Below, in pieces: positions 11,641-21,566 of a stretch of DNA of 64,000 nucleotides. Source of the DNA: Octopus vulgaris (Eukaryota); the NCBI GenBank assembly GCA_951406725.2, contig OX597814.1:186062001-186126000 (forward strand). The letters run 5' to 3'. The first letter of the stretch is position 1. Each line of letters opens with the position of its first letter. Under the pieces are notes generated by a model, which had not been told where the DNA came from, ran no database searches, and was given only the letters and a program-made list of their open reading frames with translations. Position numbers and translations under genes: made by a program.

Positions 11641-12150
11641 TCTATTTCAACTATTTCATCTAGTTTCAGCTCATGAGCTGTGGCCATGCTGGGGCACCGC
11701 AATATGGTGTTGCTACATGATTTTACTTCACGAATGCATTTTAGCAATTGACATTTGGTGCATGAGAGAGTTTGATGCAGCTGCCCTCATCTGCACCTCC
11801 TGCCGCGAAGTTGGTTCATCTGGGACACCTGACAAGAAGAGGTCCAGCTTTATTTTGAAGACACCTACATCCACCCAATGCAGGTCTCTCAGGTCCTTCA
11901 GGAGGATATTGAAGAGCTGTGGACCTCTGAATCCCAGGCTATTGCAGTATCTTGTCCTACATCTTGATGGCAAATTTGGAGTCCTTGGCACTATGCAGTG
12001 GTGCCCAGTTCTAGTATTTGTGTAACTCTCGATGCCAAAGTTTGGGACAAGTCCTTCCAGGATCTTCCAGATGTATATTATGGCATATCTTTCTCACCTA
12101 CACTCTAAAGAATATAGTTTTAATCTCTTGAGTCTTTCCCAATAGCTTAT
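11641..12150 (-). mobile_element. CR1-clade LINE 3' end (ORF2 C-terminus and 3' UTR)
   Basis: YWERLKRLKLYSLE..ERYAIIYIWKILEGLVPNFG...NSLGFRGPQLFNIL..FKIKLDLFLSGVPDEP...AASNSL; tail GCGGTGCCCCAGCATGGCCACAGCTCATGAGCTGAAACTAG. Confidence 0.88.
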
Positions 12151-12185
12151 AAGTAAAAGTTCCAGAAAACTGCTAATTGTATTCT

Positions 12186-12498
12186 GCAGACATGGGTATG
12201 CAGTTAAGACCTTTACTTCCTGACCACATCATTCCAGGCTCAGTCCCACAGCATGCCACTTTGAGCAAGTGACTTCAACTACTGACACGGTGTGACAGTT
12301 TGAAATGAGTGTCACTGTTATACCAGCAGTGTCCTCCATTTCCAATATTCTGCACAAGCATATCTGGCAAGGAAGAAATATTACCTTACGTGGAAACAAG
12401 TGAGGGTTAGTGACAGGAAGGTTATCTGGTCATACAAAAACCTATTTCAATAAACTCTGTATAACCCATGCCAGTATAGAAAAGTGGGCACTAAAACA

Positions 12499-12500
<2 letters not shown>
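12186..12500 (+). mobile_element. diverged SINE: family A-like head plus family E body and tail
   Basis: GACCACATCATTCCAGGCTCAGTCCCAC..TTGAGCAAGTG head, followed by a body homologous to 6165-6400. Confidence 0.55.
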
Positions 12501-12549
<49 letters not shown>

Positions 12550-12551
<2 letters not shown>

Positions 12552-12765
12552 GATGATGAACTGACAGAATCATTAGCATGCCAGATGAGATGCCTAGTGA
12601 TATTTCATCTGTTTTTAAGTTCTGAGTTCAAATTTCACCCGGGTTGACTTTGCTTTTCATCCTTTTGGAGTTGATAAAATAAGTACCTGTTGAGTACTGA
12701 AGTCAATCTAATTGACTTAGCCCCTCCCCCCAAACATGCTGGCCTTGTGTAAAAACTTGAAACCA
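12550..12765 (+). mobile_element. family B SINE between (ATT)n runs
   Basis: CAGAATCATTAGCATGCC..TTCTGAGTTCAAATT..GACTTTGCTTTTCATCCTTT..GATAAAATAAGTACC..GGCCTTGTG..TTGAAACC. Confidence 0.85.
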
Positions 12766-12774
12766 TTATTATTT

Positions 12775-13040
12775 TTTTTTCCTTCTTTCTTCAAATTTTC
12801 TTCCATTTCTCACTGAGTATTTTCCGTACACCTAGGGCAGAGAAGCTCATTGTATGCATTCCCAGATTACACACGCAAATTCACAGGTAAAATATGTATT
12901 TATAAAAATTAATAAACAAATAAATTCATGAGTGGATGTTGTTTTCACAGTGATAATGCTCTTCTCGGTACATGAGTTGTTCCAGTTAACATGATTTTTT
13001 GCACTTCCTGTAGGGATGGCATGCCTGGTTTCATTTTCTA
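12775..13040 (-). mobile_element. R4/Dong-like non-LTR retrotransposon 3' end
   Basis: Minus strand PGMPSLQEVQKIMLTGTTHV.RRALSL* plus 3' UTR; near-identical copy at 17091-17412; flanked by (ATT)n. Confidence 0.75.
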
Positions 13041-13056
13041 TCATTATTATTATTAT

Positions 13057-13390
13057 TAGGATTGAGGTAACTCCTCCAGAAGATATACAGAAGCAAAAAA
13101 AAAAAGAAGAGTGCTATTGTTATCAAGTGAATGATATTTTGGCATCTAGTGTGCCTTCCACAGGTTCAAAACAAACTTTTCAATCTACTTCATTTTTGGT
13201 AATGGCACTCTTCATTGCCTTTGCTTCTGTCCACCTTCTGGAGGAGTTACCTCAATCCTATAAAATATTACCAAAAATGAAGTAGAATGACAAGTTTATG
13301 TTTTGAACCTGTGGAAGGCACACTAGATGCCGAAATATCGTTCACTTGATAACAATGGCACTCTTCATTTTTTTTTTTTTTTTACTTCTG
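13057..13390. mobile_element. Penelope-like pLTR-type inverted plus tandem repeat with hammerhead-like motifs
   Basis: 13057-13203 is the reverse complement of a unit present on + as a permuted tandem (3' part 13201-13260, then 5' part 13267-13390). Confidence 0.7.
13304..13344 (+). ncRNA. minimal hammerhead-like motif with variant core (CUGUGGA)
   Basis: UGAAC-CUGUGGA-A-GGCA(CACUAGA)UGCC-GAAA-UA-UC-GUUCA; helices I and II are perfect, with A6>U in the core; mirror copy at 13128-13168. Confidence 0.5.
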
Positions 13391-13865
13391 TATTAGCGAA
13401 AGAGGTGGACCCGTTTGAAAGGGCTAACGTCAGACACTTTCCTCTTTGGCCAAAGCCTCATCACCTTTTTCAAGTTTCACTTGAAAAGGAAGGTGAGAGT
13501 AGAGAGGGAAGTGCTGTCTGATAGCAAGTTTACTGAAAGGTGAGTATATGTTGCAAGAATGACCAGTATAAATGGATCAATTCTGAGAATACACCTGTAG
13601 TATATAAAGGTATTATAAAAGGAGAAAGAGGCTCTCTACCTTCCTTTTGACCAGGCTCCAGCAGCTTTTATGGGTTTTTCCACAAGTAACCTTTCAAAGC
13701 GCCTCCCCCTATTGGGAATTTCAATTGTTATATTTTCATTGTTATCTCTGGAATTTTTACACGGTTTTTTGCAAACGGACAAAACCCTTTGTAACTTTCG
13801 TCCTGTGTTTTGTCCCTTTATGTTTTAATTAATTTTTGTCAGCCCTTGTGGCCAATAAACGAATT
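13385..13865 (+). mobile_element. Tx1/L1-like LINE 3' end (ORF2 C-terminus and 3' UTR)
   Basis: TRLKGLTSDTFLFGQSLITFFKFHLKRKVRVEREVLSDSKFTER*VYVARM..RIHL*, then a UTR ending GCCCTTGTGGCCAATAAA. The clade is assigned by recalled similarity. Confidence 0.6.
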
Positions 13866-14627
13866 AATTATTATTATTATTATGTATCACTAATCAAGGT
13901 TTTGCATCGTGTCCTGGGTAAAAAAAAAATATTAACAGTATTTCACAAATCAGAATAGAAAGCATTTTTTTAAAAATGCACTTTAAAAATTGTTCAAAAA
14001 TGATGTTTAACCAGTTCAGTCAATGCATACTATAATCAAATAAGCCAGGTCAGAAATACTGACTGAAAACAAAAAAAAATTCATTAATAAAGCTAAAATT
14101 TCAACAAAAGAGATAGAACCATCTTTCTGTGGCTTCAGAAGTTTTCCAGTTTTACAAACACTTCTTTGTTTTCTTTTCTTCACTGTTAATTCCCAAAGTC
14201 AGGCCAATAAGTTTATTATATCAACAGATCTTGCCCTGCCATAGTATATTATTACAGTACAATATCTCCAGCTGTAGGGAGATGCTGTTGACACAAGGCA
14301 GGTCAGTTAAATGTTACAATATCCCAACTGTTCCTCACGACTGACCTTTGACAGTTATTTGAGATTTCATCTCTTATCTCTCAGGACACACTTTCTTTTC
14401 TTTTGTCATGTAGACATTAAGAAAAACACACACACACACATACACACACATACACACTCATTCACGTAAAGTCATTTTCACACATGTAGTCATGTGTACA
14501 GTATGTACTGTTATTTAAAATAATGTAAAGCCTAAGTCACTAGCTAATTATATGAATATTAACACATATAGTTAATTTAATTGGATAAAAATAATAAATT
14601 GAAGAAAATTTAGAACTATTTCGGCAT

Positions 14628-15020
14628 CTCTCTTATACTCTTTTACTTGTTTCAGTCATTTGACTGTGGCCATGTTGGAGCACCGCTTTTAGTCGCGCAA
14701 ATCGACCCCAGGACTTATTCTTTGTAAGCCTAGTACTTATTCTATCGGGCTCTTTTCCCAAACCGCTAAGTTACGGGGATGTGAACACACCAGCATTGGT
14801 TGTCAAGCGATGTTGTGGGGCACAAACACAGACACACAAACATATACACATACATAAATATATACATATATACAATGGGCTTCTTTCAGTTTCCATCTAC
14901 CAAATCCACTCACAAGGCTTTGGTGGGCCCAAGGCTACAGTAGAAGACACTGCCCAAGGTGCTACGCAGTGGGACTGAACCCGGAACCCTGTGGTTGGTA
15001 AGCAACCTACTTACCACACA
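14628..15020 (-). mobile_element. family A tRNA-derived SINE, full length
   Basis: ~400-bp unit with tRNA-like head, internal (AT/GT) microsatellite and CR1-like tail; at least 8 full copies in the window. Confidence 0.92.
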
Positions 15021-15769
15021 CCCATTAAGCATACTGCACACACACACATACTTATAGATGCATACATAGACACAATAACTTAATATATTTGTAAATATAT
15101 ATATATAAACATATATACACACACACATACATCAACATATACAGACACTTTCGATATTAATCTACTGAAAGCTCAATTTAAGATACTAACATCGTGTAAC
15201 CAGCCATATCTAATTAGTTCCCAGCACACATCTTTCATTATCCAAACATTCATTAAAAGGTATTTATTCCATATTGTAAATGTGTTTGAAATAAAGAAAA
15301 GGTATTTTAAAACAACTCTTAATTCCTTTCTGCCATCAGAAATATTTAGCTCATCATTTCCACCTTAATTTAATATCAACATGATAAATTTGAATTTGGA
15401 TTATTTTTCTTTTGTTGCTGCTGTTGTTTTTTTTTTTTAATCCATGACCATTAACAGAATGTGTTTCAGTGCTACAGTGCATCAGAGCTTATCCCAGTTC
15501 TGATAACATTTAAGTAGTTTTAGAGAATGCACTTCCTCTGAACCGGATGGCAGTCTTCTACATGTTTTTTTTTTTTTTTTGCCCATGGGAGGGTATGAAC
15601 TCATCAATGCACACAATTAGTCAATCAATCATTGTTTGTTAGAGCAATGACCTGTGCACTCTCTATCACACTGCTAATTATACAGCTAAATAGACTGGAT
15701 CATTGAGGGACAAGTACTTCTAACAGGCTGGCACCCTATCACCTCAACCTGCTACTACATTTTACATCA

Positions 15770-15994
15770 GTATTATTATCATTATTATTATTATTATTAC
15801 TATTATTATTATTACTATTATTATTATTATTATTACTATTATTATTATTATTATTATTTATTATTATTATTACTACTACTACTACTATTATTATTATTAT
15901 CATTATTATTATTATTATTATTTATTATTTATTATTATTTACTACTACTACTACTACTACTATTATCATTATTATTATTATTATTATTATTATT
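15770..15994. repeat. (ATT)n/(ACT)n microsatellite
   Basis: Direct reading. Confidence 0.95.
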
Positions 15995-16208
15995 AAGGTG
16001 GTGAGCTGGCAGAATTGTTAGCATGCCAGGCAAAATGCTTTATGGCATTTATTTGTCTATCCATCCTGAGTTGAAATACTGCAAAGGTCGACTTTTGTCT
16101 TTCATCCTTCTAGGGTCAATGAAAAATGTACCAGTGGAACACTGGAGTTGAGATAAACAACTTACCTCCTCACACGAAATTGCTGGCCTTGTGGCAAAAT
16201 TTGAAATC
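15995..16208 (+). mobile_element. family B SINE
   Basis: AAGGTGGTGAGCTGGCAGAATTGTTAGCATGCC head through GGCCTTGTGGCAAAATTTGAAA tail. Confidence 0.85.
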
Positions 16209-16261
16209 ATAATTGTTATTGTTATTATTATTATTGCTATTGTTGTTGTTGTTGTTATTTA

Positions 16262-16540
16262 CTTTTAATCTGCATGTTTGTTACAATTATTTGCTGGAAC
16301 ACACCCCGCGTCCTACGGCGAGTGAAGGATAAGAAGAGATGTTACAGTTGAACTGAAAGCTTGGGGAGGGAAAGTGGCAGAGGTAGGAGCAAAATATATT
16401 CATGTAATACAACACAGACATTTAAATTAATAGGATTTTTCAAAGAATGTGGGCAGCACTTGTCAACACAATCTTTTGGGATGTTGTCTAGATGTTTCTG
16501 ACATCCCTTTTTTTTTATCATACCTAGGGCACCTACAATT
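16262..16540 (-). mobile_element. R4/Dong-like 3' end, second subfamily
   Basis: IVGALGMIKK.GCQKHLDNIP, then frameshifted QKIVLTSAAHIL, typical of the C-terminus after the RLE endonuclease; sits in ATT/GTT repeats. Confidence 0.7.
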
Positions 16541-16636
16541 ATTATTATTATCATTATTATTGTTGTTGTTGTTGTTGTTATCATTACAACTACTACTACT
16601 ACCATCATCATCATCATCATCACCATCATTATTATG

Positions 16637-17035
16637 AAGGTGGCAAGCTGGCAGAATCCTTAGCACACTGGACGAAATGCTTAGTGGTATTTCGTCTGCC
16701 GTTACATTCTGGGTTCAAATTCCGCTGAGGTCGACTTTGCCTTTCATCCTTTCGGAGTCGATAAATTAAGTACCAGTTACGCACTGGGGTTGATATAATC
16801 AACTTAATCTGTTTGTCTGTCCTTGCTTGTCCTCTCTGTGCTTAGCCCATTGTAGGTAGTAAAGAAATAGGTATTTCCCCCATCACTATGTTCTGAGTTC
16901 AAATCCACCAAGGTTGACTTTGCCTTTCATCATTTCGGGGTCGATAAATTAAGTACCAGTTGAGTACTGGGTTAATGTAATTGACTATCTCCTTCCCCCA
17001 AAAGTCAGGTCTTGTGCCTATAGAAGAAAGGATTA
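16637..17035 (+). mobile_element. family B SINE dimer (monomer with Tx1-like tail plus 5'-truncated monomer)
   Basis: Two tandem B bodies joined at GTAGTAAAGAAATAG|GTATTTC. Confidence 0.85.
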
Positions 17036-17044
17036 TTATTATTA

Positions 17045-17090
<46 letters not shown>

Positions 17091-17091
<1 letters not shown>

Positions 17092-17412
17092 TCCTTCTTT
17101 CTTCATAGTTTCCTCCATTTCTCGCTGAGTTTTCCGTACACCTAGGGCAGAGAAGCTCATTGTATGCATTCCTAGGTTACACATGCAAATTCACAGGTAA
17201 AATATGTATTTAAAAAAAAAATTATTAAATAAATATATTCATGAATGGATATTGTTTTCACAGCGATAATGCTCTCCTCAGTACATGAGTCGTTCCAGTT
17301 AACATGATTTTTTGCACTTCCTGTAGGGATGATAAGCCTGGTATCATTTTCAAATAGATTTCAATACCTTTTTTTTTTATCATTCCTAGAGATCCTACAA
17401 TCACTGGTACTT
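17091..17412 (-). mobile_element. R4/Dong-like 3' end
   Basis: VPVIVGSLGMIKKK.IEIYLKMIPGLSSLQEVQKIMLTGTTHVLRRALSL*; (ATT)n on both sides. Confidence 0.8.
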
Positions 17413-17419
17413 ATTATTA

Positions 17420-17462
<43 letters not shown>

Positions 17463-17730
17463 GGCATCAAGCTAGCAATAATGTAAACAAGTAAAAGATA
17501 AAGGAAAAATTTAGTACAAATGTTTCTAGAGGTGAATATGAGGTTGTTGCTTTTAATCTTAGGTAAGTCTTGATCAAGCTGGCTTATGATCAAAGGAATT
17601 GCAATCTTCAGCACCCTTTCTTTTTTGTATGCCAGATATTACATTGTTCTATGTATCTTTCCGTTTTTAAAATAACAGGGTGTATTTAGAAGAAAATTTT
17701 GCAGGTTAAGTAACCATACTCTCTCTCTCT

Positions 17731-18135
17731 CTCTTTTACTCTTTTACTTGTTTCAGTCATTCGACTGCAGCCATGCTGGAGCACCGCCTTTAGTCGAGCA
17801 AATCGACCCCGGGACTTATTCTTTGTAAGCCCAGTACTTATTCTATCGGTCTCTTTTGCCGAACCGCTAAGTGACGGGGATGTAAACACACCAGCATCGG
17901 TTGTCAAGCAATGCTAGGGGGACAAACACAGACACACAAACATATACGCACACACTTGTATATATATACATATATACGACAGGCTTCTTTCAGTTTCCGT
18001 CTAGAAAATCCACTCACAAGGCATTGGTCGGCCCGGGGCTATAGCAGAAGATACTTGCCCAAGATGCCACACAGTGGGACTGAACCCGGAACCATGTGGT
18101 TGGTTAGCAAGCTACTTACCACAGCGCCACTCCTG
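17731..18135 (-). mobile_element. family A SINE, full length
   Basis: Matches other family A copies. Confidence 0.92.
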
Positions 18136-18188
18136 TAGAAGTTTTCTTGTTGTTCAATCAAGAATGAACTTAAACTATCTCTCTGTAG

Positions 18189-18327
18189 TTTCTATATGAA
18201 GTAGCTTAAAAGTTTGAAAAGAATAACAAGTAATAAGTAAAAAATTAATTTTTAATGTTTATTAAAAATTAATTTTTACTTATTTCTTGTTATTCCTTTC
18301 AAACTTTTAAACTAATTCATATAGAAA
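18189..18327. repeat. AT-rich palindrome with ~67-bp arms
   Basis: TTTCTATATGAAGTAGCTTAAAAGTTTGAAA... mirrored by ...TTTCAAACTTTTAAACTAATTCATATAGAAA. Confidence 0.8.
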
Positions 18328-18365
18328 AGTATGTCTATTATACTAGAGATTCTTCAGAAATATAG

Positions 18366-18576
18366 ATTTCAAATATTGGCAAAAGGCAAGCAGTTTCAAG
18401 AAGGGGCTAAGTTGATTACTTTAACCCCAGTATTTGATTGGTACTTATTTTACTGACCCCAAAATGATAAAAGGCAAAGTTGTACTCGGCGAAATTTGAA
18501 CTCAGAACACGAAGATTGACTAAATGCTGTTAAGCATTTTGCCCAGCATGCTAAAGGTTCTGTCAGCTCGCCACCT
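18366..18576 (-). mobile_element. family B SINE
   Basis: Reverse complement of the family B pattern. Confidence 0.8.
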
Positions 18577-19424
18577 TCTATTTCTTCTTCAGAAATATAA
18601 TCAACTGTATTTATTCAATAAAGCAGTTATTGCAAAATATTTGAGAATGAAATTCCTGTATTATTTCTTTCTCCAATTTGAAAATTGTTTTCTTATTTCC
18701 AACTTAATCCTTTATTAACTAGCAACACTTCTGTTATTTTGGAAGAGATGTTCAATGGCTACAAAAGCCCAATCTTTTCCTTTAAATATGACACATTTAG
18801 AACTCTTTGAGATAGGATTATTGCCTGGTGGAAATATTTTCTTTTGTCAAGTTTTTGATATTTGATCAAATAAGATCTTAAGTCAAACATTTAACACAGT
18901 CAAGATAAAAATAAGGTACCTCCAGGGCAGCCAGAATTTTAGAAGTTTATTGAGGTGCTGGTGTGGGTGTTGAGGGTGGGAAACTTGACAGATAAATGTT
19001 TTGATAGCAAAATTATGTGTAAGGAATGATTTATACTACAGAAGTCTTGCCCCAGAGCACTTTTAGCTTGTTTAGCTTGAAGTACCTAATACACTGTAGG
19101 TTTGAAGATTAAGATGTTTACAGAGATCACCAAGTATACTTTTTTTTCAGTTCACAAATGAGCACCAGAAAAAGATTGAATACAAAAATAAATAAACCTG
19201 GTCATTTTCTTTCTTTCCTTACTTTTTTAGGGTGGACTCACATTTTTTTATTAACTTAATTCTTCAAAAACTTTAGTTGTCATATATGGTACCATATTCC
19301 TATAATATAACAAATTCTACTGCATCTTTTCCTGCACTTCTTAGAGGTTGCTATAGCATGACACTTTGAGCAAGTGTTTTCTATTATAGTCCTGGGCTGA
19401 CCAAAGCCTTGTGAGTGGATTTGG

Positions 19425-19592
19425 TTTAACGTCCGTTTTCCGCGCTAGCACGGGTTGGACGGTTCGACTGGGGTCTGGGAAGCCAGGGGCTGCTCCAGGC
19501 TCCAGTCTGATCTGGCAGAGTTTCTACGGCTGGATGCCCTTCCTAATGCCAACCACTCCACGAGTGTATGGGTGCTTTTATGCCACCTGCAC
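19425..19592 (-). mobile_element. family C element 3' part, adjoining a family A head fragment (19355-19424)
   Basis: TTTAACGTCCGTTTTCCGCGCTAGC...GGATGCCCTTCCTAATGCCAACCACTCC. Confidence 0.8.
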
Positions 19593-19631
<39 letters not shown>

Positions 19632-20328
19632 GTTTATATTTACAATGACATCGTAGGGTAGTTTTAGAGGCCAGATATGGCCAGTTTGAATACAAACAGA
19701 TCAAATATTTGGACCAGATATGGCCTGTTTGAGTTCTAAAGTGTTAATATTTCCCTCTGGAAGAATTCATTGAAAATATTTAAGTTGAAATTTAGGATTT
19801 TTCAATCACCTGAATTTTTGTTAGTATTTTAGTTGGTGAATGTGAGTACCAACCTATCTGTTTGTGCATGTAATATATTTAGAGGAAACAATGGTGTTTT
19901 TATTATTTTAGAGACATAGAGGACCTGATGTTTATCCAGCTTAAAATTTGAAATTTTTCATGAATTTTCTTTTAATGGTCCTCCATTAAAGCATACTAAT
20001 TTATAAATAGCATTCTATACATCTTACTTAATATGGATATACTGTAAGAAAGCAACAACACTACAGTATTCATCTGGAGAAAGCTTCTTGTATAAACATA
20101 TAATGCTAAAAAGCACATGAGTGTTTCAGTAGTAGACAAAAAGCATTTGACAGTGGCAATGGAATTGGTAGGTCTGGGATTTCTGCATATTTGTACATCA
20201 TCAACAGCAAATATCAACCACATGCTTAGCCTCTACTGATATAGAAAACAGTGATTAACAAATCACTGGTGAGTTATTTGCAATGGATGCCATAGTGCTA
20301 TGAGTTTCTTAAAGCATATCCACATTAA

Positions 20329-20546
20329 CCCTTTTGTTACCAACCCAGCTGAAACCAGCTCTGGCTCTGTAGTACAAATGTCTTTTCATAAGTTTTGAAT
20401 TAAAATCTTCCACAGATTCTTCATCACAGTTTATGTTCCTAATACCACCTTAATGATAACTGAGATATTTTATGAAATTATTTGTTATATTTAAAATAAT
20501 TGAAAAAAACACAGAGCATCTCAAAATAAATATGGTAACAAAAGGG
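20329..20546. mobile_element. piggyBac-type MITE (218 bp)
   Basis: Perfect 14-bp TIR CCCTTTTGTTACCA/TGGTAACAAAAGGG; TTAA on both sides (20325-20328, 20547-20550). Confidence 0.9.
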
Positions 20547-21040
20547 TTAAGGTATACAGATTGCTCTTTTTAACTAATACTGCTTCCATTGCAAATAACA
20601 AATTCTTACTAAATTTTAAGTCTGAAAACCCAGTAAAATTATTTGGAAATTTTTTTTGACTAAACTGATTGTAGCAAAATGTATTGATTATTTTATCCCT
20701 GGCTTACTGAATGCTGAAAAAAAAAATTATTAAAAAATTTGAGTGACATTTTATCACAAAATTAAAAAAGAAAATATAAATGCATCTAATTTATTTATTT
20801 ATTTTCTGGTTTGAGTTAGATAAATTGGCCTAGCAACATTTTGAAGTTATCTATAAAATGAAGAAACTTAGTTGTACTTAGTGGTATTAAGTTTCTCATA
20901 ACACCTTATACTAAGGTACTATATGGTGTTATGAGTAATATAAAGTTAATATCATTGAAATTAGTTCTCTATCACACTGGTATATCTTTTATACTTTGAT
21001 ACGGCATAAAAAATATGCCAATTCAATACTAGATGATACT

Positions 21041-21282
21041 ACAGTTCTATATTTAAGAGATGAGGAATTATGTGCATTATTTACATTATTTACATTATTT
21101 ACATTCGATGGATATTTGTCCTCATCTTGTTTGTTGTTATCACAACATTTCGGCTGATATACCCTCCAGCCTTCTTCAGGTGTCTTGGGGAAATTTCAAA
21201 CCTGCGTTCTCATTCCCAAGGTATTTTTTGATGTTACTATTATAATTATAATTATTATTATTATTATAATTATTATTATTAA

Positions 21283-21320
<38 letters not shown>

Positions 21321-21566
21321 TCACTGCTGGAGTTGAATTTGGAATCTTGGGGTTAAGAGCATGGGCTACTAACCCCAAGATTCTGAGTTCGATTCTAAGC
21401 AGTGACCTGAACAATAACAACATCGAAAAATACCTTCGGAATGAGAACGCAGGTTTGAAATTTCCCCAAGACCCCTGAAGAAGGCTGGAGGGTATATCAG
21501 CCGAAACATTAATAACAAACAAGATGAGGACAAATATTTGTCGAAAGTAAATAATTTAAATAATGC
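21041..21566. mobile_element. fold-back retroelement with tRNA-like centre, two hammerhead motifs and a 13-bp TSD
   Basis: TSD ACTAGATGATACT at 21028-21040 and 21567-21579; inverted arms; centre GGTTAAGAGC..GAGTTCGATTC (A/B-box-like). Confidence 0.8.
21141..21184 (-). ncRNA. minimal hammerhead ribozyme motif (slightly decayed)
   Basis: GACAC-CUGAAGA-A-GGCUG(GAGGGUAUAU)CAGCC-GAAA-UG-UU-GUG; the mirror copy at 21470-21510 has GAAAC, and the combined consensus gives a palindromic ACGU helix III. Confidence 0.6.

Noticed and set aside
13430-13521. Long branched hairpin resembling an ncRNA
   Set aside because: It lies in the reading frame of the Tx1-like ORF2 C-terminus; purine/pyrimidine skew can explain the pairing.
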